In this document: positions 57,599 through 64,000 of the stretch, in pieces
Numbering within the stretch: position 1 is the first letter of the stretch
Layout of the letters: every line of letters starts with the position of its first letter
From: a virus
DNA length: 64,000 nt
IMG/VR virus record: IMGVR_UViG_3300046690_000348
Location: 2,927-66,926 of that record
Strand: one strand, 5' to 3'
Notes under the pieces: generated by a model
The model's database searches: none
What the model saw: only the letters and a program-made list of their open reading frames with translations
Told to the model about the DNA's origin: nothing
Translations under genes and position numbers: made by a program

Positions 57599-57931
57599 TC
57601 AGACGTACACGGCGGCTCTGACAACGGTGAACCACGTCGACTTCGACGCTCCTCCACCGACGAACGTGACGACCCACTTGCCGGTCTCGGTCAGCGGGTC
57701 AGGGAAGTTGAAGTCCCAGTAGCCGACCTCGGTCGAGGAGATCTCAACGGTCGGCGTGGTGTAGTTGGTGATGACACCCGATGGTGACTTGGTGGTGACC
57801 GTGATCGTCGTCGGGTCGAACAGGTCGCCTTCGGTTTCGCCCGGCTCGGGGATGTCGTGATACGTCCCGCGCACGGTCGGCATCACCCCCTGCTCGTACT
57901 CGCCTGGCCCGCATTCGCGTGTGGTTCTCAT
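57599..57931 (-). CDS. Ig-like virion protein
   Basis: DPTTITV..K.PSG...G.W.F.F.....G.W...F.V pattern. Confidence 0.6.
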   Translation of the reverse strand: MRTTRECGPGEYEQGVMPTVRGTYHDIPEPGETEGDLFDPTTITVTTKSPSGVITNYTTPTVEISSTEVGYWDFNFPDPLTETGKWVVTFVGGGASKSTWFTVVRAAVYV

Positions 57932-58046
57932 CACTCGTACCATCCGTCGCGGACACGCGGGTCACGGGTGCGGAGCAGCGGGGCGGTCGCGAACACGAGC
58001 ATCGTGAACGCGACCATCACCGCGAAGCCCCGCCAACCGGCGGGCA

Positions 58047-58979
58047 TCAGCCACCGCCACCACTGTTGCTCGAAGCGTTGAGGAGGATCGCCGAGTGGCA
58101 GCACGGGTCGAAGCGGACGAGTGCCTGTCGTTCGGCGCGCATCTCGACAACGTTCGTGCGACGGTCGAACGACTCGGAGAGCGTCTCGCCGATCATCACG
58201 CCCTCGTCAATGTAGATCTCGACCGGTCCGGTCGCGTAGATCCACGTGTCGAGGTTCGTGATGGCGAGACCGTTCGGGCCGGTGCCCGGGTAGCCGGATC
58301 CGGCGACGACACGATCCTCGCGGCCTGCGGTCACGAGGTAGCCGTCCTTCTCGTAGACGATGCCGTCGCCGATCCACAGTGTCACAAGCCACGCCGGTGC
58401 GTGGATCATGCCCTTCGTCCCGGCGCCGCATCCCGACAGCGCGCGCTCGGCCATCGCCAGGCCGACCTGACGGTCGAAGATGGTGGAGCCGGTCACGACC
58501 GTCGCCGCCGACGTGAGACCGGTGATCTCGGTCGCTGCCGAGTCGAGGGACTGCATCCGCGAGCCGAGAGTGCCCGACCAGAACTGTGCCTCCAACGCCT
58601 TCGGTGTGCCGAGATCCAACTGCATCAGAGCGATCCGGCGGTACTCGTCGGTCACGAGGCCGTTGGCGTTGCCGACGAGCGTGCAGGAGATCGCTGTCTC
58701 GATCACGAACGTGTCGGTCTCCAACATCGCCGGGATGGTCGGCGGTGTCGACTTGTTCTCTTTCGGGAAGTTCCCGCAGTTCGGATCCCATGCGTTCGCG
58801 CCGACGCAGCCGGTCGGACGCCACTTCACGCCACCGCGCCAGGCGTGCTGCCAATCCTCGCTGATCCCGGGGATGTTCGCCCAGTCCGGGTCAACCTGTC
58901 CGGGCCATGCGGCGGCGAGCAGGTTGTGCGGGGGAACCTCGCCCGCAATCGGTTGTGCCTGGACCCGTAGACCCCACAT
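58047..58979 (-). CDS. major capsid pentamer-type protein
   Basis: W..GV.W....C, ALE..FW.G, G.IH, VVAGSGY, W.YATG, DR.TN....AER; directly after the hexamer gene. Confidence 0.7.
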   Translation of the reverse strand: MWGLRVQAQPIAGEVPPHNLLAAAWPGQVDPDWANIPGISEDWQHAWRGGVKWRPTGCVGANAWDPNCGNFPKENKSTPPTIPAMLETDTFVIETAISCTLVGNANGLVTDEYRRIALMQLDLGTPKALEAQFWSGTLGSRMQSLDSAATEITGLTSAATVVTGSTIFDRQVGLAMAERALSGCGAGTKGMIHAPAWLVTLWIGDGIVYEKDGYLVTAGREDRVVAGSGYPGTGPNGLAITNLDTWIYATGPVEIYIDEGVMIGETLSESFDRRTNVVEMRAERQALVRFDPCCHSAILLNASSNSGGGG

Positions 58980-59017
58980 GATTCACTCCTGGTTCTCGAT
59001 GGTTGACAGGACGGTTC

Positions 59018-59050
59018 GGGTGCCACCTCGGCTGCTACAAGGTGGCACCC
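59018..59050 (-). terminator. 11-bp hairpin between the two capsid genes
   Basis: gggtgccacct-N11-aggtggcaccc. Confidence 0.6.
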
Positions 59051-59091
59051 TCGCCGCGTCCTATCACTGTTGAGTCGTTGAGGAGGTCAGA

Positions 59092-60837
59092 TCACGGGCA
59101 GGTGCAAGGCGTGACCCCGGCAGGACCCGAGCCGTTGACGCACAGCGTGCTCAGGAGGCCGACCGACTCGAAGCCGAGCTTCGCGATGCCGATCCACTCC
59201 TCCATGAACAGTTGCAGGTCGTTGGTGCGGTTGAGCGTGCTGTCACGCACGAGGCCGACGTCGAGCGTGCCGCCGTCGAGACGCACGAACGTCCCTGGTG
59301 CGTAGATGTACGCCTTGACCTTGGTCGGGAACTGGTTGAGGCCACCGACCGCCTGCGCAGCGTTGAACTTCTGGGACGGCGTGATACCGGTCGGGTTGTC
59401 GTTGTACCAGATCGCGTCGATGTTGCGGGCCGACAGGGCAGCGGCGAGGTGGGCGTCGGTGATGTCGAAGTACGACAGACCTTGATACCCGTCCATCGCC
59501 ATGTCGAGCTTCACGGCCTCACGTGCCCAGTCCGGTGCGGCGACGACCATCGTCGCGTCGGACGCCATGCCCTGACGCTTGCGGTAGCCGACCGTCGCCA
59601 CGACCCAGTCGTGCAGCAAGCTGCGCGAGAAGCCGTAGCAGAAGTTCCCGGTGACCGCCGTCGAGTTCGAGTTGACGTAGTCGAGGTAGAACACCTCTTT
59701 GGTCGACGTGAACTGGACGGCGACGTCCTCAAGGAACGCCGACACCTGCTCCGGGAACACCTTGTAGTTGAGGTTGTCGAACGTGACGCACTGCGACACG
59801 GCCGACACCTCTGCCGACGAGGTGCTCGGGCAGGAGACGGTGATGCACGCCTTCGGCCCGGCCGAGAACTGGACGAAGCCCGCCGCGAAGTTGCGGTTCT
59901 GAGCCGAGATGTCGATCGCCGCGGCGGCGGCGGCGACGGACGGCGGCACGATGTAGTTGATGCCGCCACGCGGAGCCTGCACCACGCTGGTGCCTTGCTC
60001 AAACGGGTTCTGCGGCTCGGCCAGCCGGAAGAACTCGTAGCTCGGGGCGTACGCCGCGCAGGCGTGGCCCGAGGCGACGAGTGCCTTCGGGGCACCGGCC
60101 TGGACATCGCGGAGGATGCGGAAGTTCTCCGCCGCGTCCATCTGCGAGAGACCCTCGCCCTCGATGAACTTGTCGGTGTGGGCGATCGACACGAAGTCGC
60201 GCGTCCCGCCCGGCACCGACGTCAGGCTGAGCCGCTTGTTGACGATCGCCGAAGCGACGGCCAGCGGATCCTCGAACGGCGTGCCTTCCCGCATGTGCGG
60301 GGCGTGCGCCGTGGCGACCATGAAAGCGTCGCTGGCGTCCTTGCCTTCGCGGAGCTTCGAGCGGGCCGACTGGCGGGCCGACAGAGCCGCGACGTTCCCG
60401 GGCACTCCGCCCTTCGGCGCCGTGAACCCGGCGACTGCGAGCGCCTGGGTGACACCGGCCGAGACCGCTGCGGCGATCTGGTCGATGACGGCTGGCTCGG
60501 GCGCCGCTTCCTTGGCCTTCGGCTTGCCGTTCTCGTCCAGGTCCTCGTCGTTCTCGCCGATGACGGTCGGGGCAGGCTCGCTCACGATGTCCTTCTTGAA
60601 GCGGCCACCGGCGGCTTCCTTGCGGCCGTCGAGTTCGGCTGCCTCGGTCGAGCGCCGGTTGTTCTCGGCGTCGATGGCGTCGGCCTGCTGCGAGAGCAGT
60701 TCGAGTTCCTCGACGCTCTCGGGCGAGGACTCGGCGTCGGAGAGTTCCTCACCGCGCGAGTTGATCTGCTGCTCCAAAGCCGTCAACTGATCGGCTTCGA
60801 GTTGCGTGAGGTCCTGGGGGAAGTTGATGACGTCCAT
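59092..60837 (-). CDS. major capsid (hexamer-type) protein with N-terminal scaffold
   Basis: Coiled-coil N-terminus, ALVASG.AC, RGGI, LDGGTLDVGLVRDSTLN.TND...F.E; AGGAG SD. Confidence 0.88.
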   Translation of the reverse strand: MDVINFPQDLTQLEADQLTALEQQINSRGEELSDAESSPESVEELELLSQQADAIDAENNRRSTEAAELDGRKEAAGGRFKKDIVSEPAPTVIGENDEDLDENGKPKAKEAAPEPAVIDQIAAAVSAGVTQALAVAGFTAPKGGVPGNVAALSARQSARSKLREGKDASDAFMVATAHAPHMREGTPFEDPLAVASAIVNKRLSLTSVPGGTRDFVSIAHTDKFIEGEGLSQMDAAENFRILRDVQAGAPKALVASGHACAAYAPSYEFFRLAEPQNPFEQGTSVVQAPRGGINYIVPPSVAAAAAAIDISAQNRNFAAGFVQFSAGPKACITVSCPSTSSAEVSAVSQCVTFDNLNYKVFPEQVSAFLEDVAVQFTSTKEVFYLDYVNSNSTAVTGNFCYGFSRSLLHDWVVATVGYRKRQGMASDATMVVAAPDWAREAVKLDMAMDGYQGLSYFDITDAHLAAALSARNIDAIWYNDNPTGITPSQKFNAAQAVGGLNQFPTKVKAYIYAPGTFVRLDGGTLDVGLVRDSTLNRTNDLQLFMEEWIGIAKLGFESVGLLSTLCVNGSGPAGVTPCTCP

Positions 60838-60928
60838 GCTGCGTCGTGCTCCTGCGTCGTGATAGCCCTCGCGGGCGGTGGATGAACTCACCGCGGGACG
60901 GCTATGCCGCTCGCTCACGACGGAACTA
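60838..60928 (-). promoter_or_regulatory. structured 5' leader of the major capsid gene
   Basis: Three nested inverted repeats; 10-nt direct repeat flanking the SD. Confidence 0.55.
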
Positions 60929-61023
60929 CGCGCGTCGATCGACGCCCAAGTTACATGGGTGTCGTTACCGGAATGGTGGATACCCCGCGACTCTCGCGTG
61001 GGAAACACGCGAGAGTCGCGAGA

Positions 61024-61251
61024 TCAGACGAGGGAAGCGACGCGGTCGGAGTCGTCCAGCACGAACGTGACGCAGTCCGTGGGGTACTCCTGGCCGTACG
61101 GGTCGCGCTCAACCGAGTCGGGATCGCACGCCGTGATCGACGTCAGCCCGCGGAATCGCTGCACGGACGCGACGATCAACGGCTTGTCCCGATCCTCAAC
61201 GAGGATGGCATCCCCCGAACGGATCTCACGCACCGCGACAGTTACGCGCAT
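61024..61251 (-). CDS. small SH3-like hypothetical protein
   Basis: V.VREIRSGD.I; TAACCT 6 nt before ATG. Confidence 0.55.
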   Translation of the reverse strand: MRVTVAVREIRSGDAILVEDRDKPLIVASVQRFRGLTSITACDPDSVERDPYGQEYPTDCVTFVLDDSDRVASLV

Positions 61252-61313
61252 AACACCAGGTTAGCTGGTGACGGAGCGTGGGTAAAGTGAGTTGACAGAT
61301 TGTCAGTAAGTGT

Positions 61314-63278
61314 TCACTTGCGGGCAAACCGCGAGCGAGCCTCGGCGAAGCGGGCGTCGATGGCGCGCTGGCGGCGGGCTTGCAGCTTGCTGAGAGCGAC
61401 GGCCTTGCGCTCGGCGAGTTGTGCCTGCATCAACGAGTCGACCGTGGCCTGCAAGGTCGCCATCTCCGTGCGCAGCGCCTCGACCTCGCCGCCGGTGTGC
61501 GGCTTCATGCCTGCGGCGACGAGCGCCAGGATCTCGCCGGTCTCGAACGACACCTCGACCGCGAGTCGCCCGGGCTTGACCGAGTCGGACAGGTCGGCGC
61601 CGGACGCCACGAGCGCCGGGGTGATGAACCCGGACGTGTTGACGGCGAGCAGGGCGACGCATTCGAGGTGGCCGTTGATGACCCGCCAGTCCGGGGAGAT
61701 GTCCGAGCCGCGCAGGGCACGGATCTGCTCCGGGGTGGCGGACGGTCGGACGGCACCGGCGATGTACATGCCCTTGGGCGTGTCGTACACGGCGACGTCA
61801 GCGACGGCGCATCCGGTGTGGGCGTAGAACGCCGAGGCGTCCGAAGCCTTCAACTTCAACGACGGGTGGACGGTGTCCATGAAGATCGGGCCGGTCGCGA
61901 CCATGTTGCCTTCGATGGTCTCGCACTGCTTGTTGAGGAAGAACCCGTAGTTCGCCCGCGACTTCGGGGTCCGCACGCAGCGGTCGGCGAAGCCGATGTG
62001 GCACGCCTTGTCGTCGGCGGCGAGGCCGTAGATCCGACCGTCGCTCGTGACCCGAACCGACTCGTCGGCGATCGTGTCGTACGACGGGCAGGCGAACCAC
62101 TCGGCCGGTGGGCGGATCGGGATGACCGGCGCACCGGCGGAGGCGACGAGGGCGTCGGCGCCGAACGGGGTGAACACCCGAACCTGGGCGCCCTTCATCG
62201 GGTCCCCGGCCGAGGCGACCATCGCTGCCTCATGGTCGCAGTCGCAGCCGCCACCGGTGACAGCGGCGATCAGCGCGTTGTCGGAGACGAGCGTGACCTG
62301 TGCCTCTTGGAACGCGGGGAACGGCGTGAGCGTCGCTCCCATGATGCGGCCCTTGGCGACCTTCATCGGGGCCGACATGCCGAGGTCACCGATGTCGATG
62401 ATCCCTTCGGGTCCCTCGAACGCCATCTCGACGTCATCGAGGTCGACCGAGACACCGCGCAGGAGGGTGAAGCCATCCTTGTCGGGGGTGAGGAGGCGCA
62501 TCGCTTCCTGCCCGGCGGGGGATCCCTTGTCGAGGATGCCGCTGCCCCACACCTCGCCGTTGTCGCGACGCTCGATGGCGTCGATCCGTCCGGCGAGTTC
62601 CGCTCCGTCGTGGCCTTCGCCGCCGACCGGGTTGCGGGTCATCATCATCAGCGGCAGCGGCAGGTTGCGCCACGTCAACGCGTCGAAGTCGATCTGGCGT
62701 CCGTCGCCGGACTTGATCCCCTCGACCACGAGGAGACCTTCCCAGCGCGGAGCGGTCGGGTCGTCGGCGAGCACGACGTCGTTGTTGCCGAAGTCGCCGG
62801 GGCGGGTCCACGAGAACGATGGTGCGGCGACATCGGACGCTGGCGCGGCACCGGACGCATCGGCGCCTCCGCCGACGACGGCGACGGTGTACGTGCCGCC
62901 TTCGGGCGGGATGCCGTCCGGCGGCGAGTCGTTGAGTTGCGCCTCGTTGATGCCGAGTCCTTGCAGCGCCGACTGCAATGGTGCGAGGTCGACCACGTCC
63001 GGCGACGTGAACACGATCTGCACACCGGCGAGCGCGCTGTCAACCTCGGACGGGTCGCCGTCGTAGTTGATCGTGCCGATGTCACCGATCGGGGTCCCGT
63101 CCTCCGCGACCAGTCCGAGCGTGATCGACGCTCCGGTCGAAGCGGCGTCGGGCGCGGCGTTCGGATCGGCAGCCGGGGCACCGGCCATCGGATCAGCGAA
63201 CGCTGCGCGCTTCGCAGCGGCGGCGGCGCGGAAACGATCGCCGGTCTTTGCGGCGGTCGTTGAGGCTGGTGCTGTCAT
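61314..63278 (-). CDS. capsid maturation protease / scaffold fusion
   Basis: W.G.LV.EG..SGDGR, PLPL, GHDGA..AGRID, GVSVDLDD, ATL...PAF.EA, CHIGF, S.DWR, LAVN..GF. Confidence 0.82.
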   Translation of the reverse strand: MTAPASTTAAKTGDRFRAAAAAKRAAFADPMAGAPAADPNAAPDAASTGASITLGLVAEDGTPIGDIGTINYDGDPSEVDSALAGVQIVFTSPDVVDLAPLQSALQGLGINEAQLNDSPPDGIPPEGGTYTVAVVGGGADASGAAPASDVAAPSFSWTRPGDFGNNDVVLADDPTAPRWEGLLVVEGIKSGDGRQIDFDALTWRNLPLPLMMMTRNPVGGEGHDGAELAGRIDAIERRDNGEVWGSGILDKGSPAGQEAMRLLTPDKDGFTLLRGVSVDLDDVEMAFEGPEGIIDIGDLGMSAPMKVAKGRIMGATLTPFPAFQEAQVTLVSDNALIAAVTGGGCDCDHEAAMVASAGDPMKGAQVRVFTPFGADALVASAGAPVIPIRPPAEWFACPSYDTIADESVRVTSDGRIYGLAADDKACHIGFADRCVRTPKSRANYGFFLNKQCETIEGNMVATGPIFMDTVHPSLKLKASDASAFYAHTGCAVADVAVYDTPKGMYIAGAVRPSATPEQIRALRGSDISPDWRVINGHLECVALLAVNTSGFITPALVASGADLSDSVKPGRLAVEVSFETGEILALVAAGMKPHTGGEVEALRTEMATLQATVDSLMQAQLAERKAVALSKLQARRQRAIDARFAEARSRFARK

Positions 63279-63324
63279 GGGCATCCTCCTGTTGCACCGG
63301 ATGCGGCTGGCGACATCCGTGTAA

Positions 63325-64000
63325 CTACGTCGCCGCAACAGTATCGGGCGTTGTCGCTCCGGGGGGCGATGCCGCTGCGGCTGGGGCGACGGCGCCCTTG
63401 TCCTCATGGATGACGGTGCCGTCTGGGAGCACTGCGATCAGTCCGGCGAAGTCGATCGCCTGGCCTTTCAACGCGGTCACGTCGTTCTTGGTGAGTCCTT
63501 CGTTGCCGAGTTGCACGACGAACGGATAGTCATCGACGGTCGTGCCGTACGGTTCGAGCGCGGCCTTGATCGCTTCGGACGCCGCGGCCAATGGTGCCGG
63601 GTCCATCAGCACGGCCCGACGCGCCGGGTGCGTGTCCGATGCGGTGAGGGACTTCGTCGCGGTCGACGTGGCCGGGTCCGGGTGAACATCGGCGAGGACC
63701 TGCGCGAGTTGCTCGGGGACCTCGTTCTGGCGGAGCTTCACTTCGAGCAGAGCGACGTACGGCTCGGGGGATTGGTACGGCAGGCCGGTCGGCTTGTACG
63801 GCACCTTGCTGGCGTCGACCACTGGCATCCCGACGAGGATCACGGTGCGTTGGGGTTTGATGGGCGCCCCCGCGCCCGGGGCGGGTCCCGGGGCGGGGGC
63901 AGCCGCGCCGGGCGCAGGGGGCGGAACCTGTGCGGCCGGTGCGGCGAACGTGTAGATCGGTTCGGCATACGCTGGTGGTCCCGCTGGGACATCCGTCGCT
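63325..64000 (-). CDS. C-terminal part of a head gene (portal or MuF-like), truncated by the window edge
   Basis: Frame open to the edge; Pro/Ala linker then a ~170-aa domain; upstream of the protease. Confidence 0.5.
   Translation of the reverse strand, partial: ATDVPAGPPAYAEPIYTFAAPAAQVPPPAPGAAAPAPGPAPGAGAPIKPQRTVILVGMPVVDASKVPYKPTGLPYQSPEPYVALLEVKLRQNEVPEQLAQVLADVHPDPATSTATKSLTASDTHPARRAVLMDPAPLAAASEAIKAALEPYGTTVDDYPFVVQLGNEGLTKNDVTALKGQAIDFAGLIAVLPDGTVIHEDKGAVAPAAAASPPGATTPDTVAAT

Noticed and set aside
61293-61306. TGACA-gat-TGTCA palindrome after the protease stop codon
   Set aside because: Single short instance; operator, promoter half or weak terminator cannot be distinguished
1-64000. 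tRNA or tmRNA genes, integrase, repressor, lysin B, stop-codon reassignment
   Set aside because: None seen by eye; core genes are intact under the standard code; tRNAscan and HMM searches were not run

Overview
This is a 64-kb, GC-rich piece of a tailed dsDNA phage (siphovirus-like) genome. The host is probably an actinomycete without mycolic acids: many genes are leaderless, the head module has an actinophage-type protease with hexamer and pentamer capsid proteins, and there is an M15 endolysin but no lysin B in the window. The minus strand at 0-22.9 kb holds terminase large and small subunits, about 40 small ORFs, a DNA adenine methyltransferase, a Tad1-like anti-defence sponge, a helicase loader, a replication initiator with internal iterons, VRR-NUC, a YfdP/YfdQ-like pair, a glycosyltransferase, an HNH protein, a Sak4-like ATPase and Gam. 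A lone plus-strand vWA gene follows. Neck and tail-tube genes (-, 23.6-27.85 kb) diverge from a plus-strand block of tape measure, tail tip, LVIVD propellers, endolysin and holin (27.9-44.2 kb). That block converges on a minus-strand block of head and accessory virion genes (44.2-64 kb). The most unusual content is about 22 kb of apparent modular virion-surface genes: a 2073-aa protein alternating beta-strand repeats with about 15 Arg-rich repeats, three paralogous 7-bladed propellers with near-identical blades, two LVIVD propellers sharing an N-terminal peptide, and several small paralogous adaptor-like proteins. No integrase, tRNA, CRISPR array or reverse transcriptase was seen. All calls come from reading motifs by eye; no database search was run.
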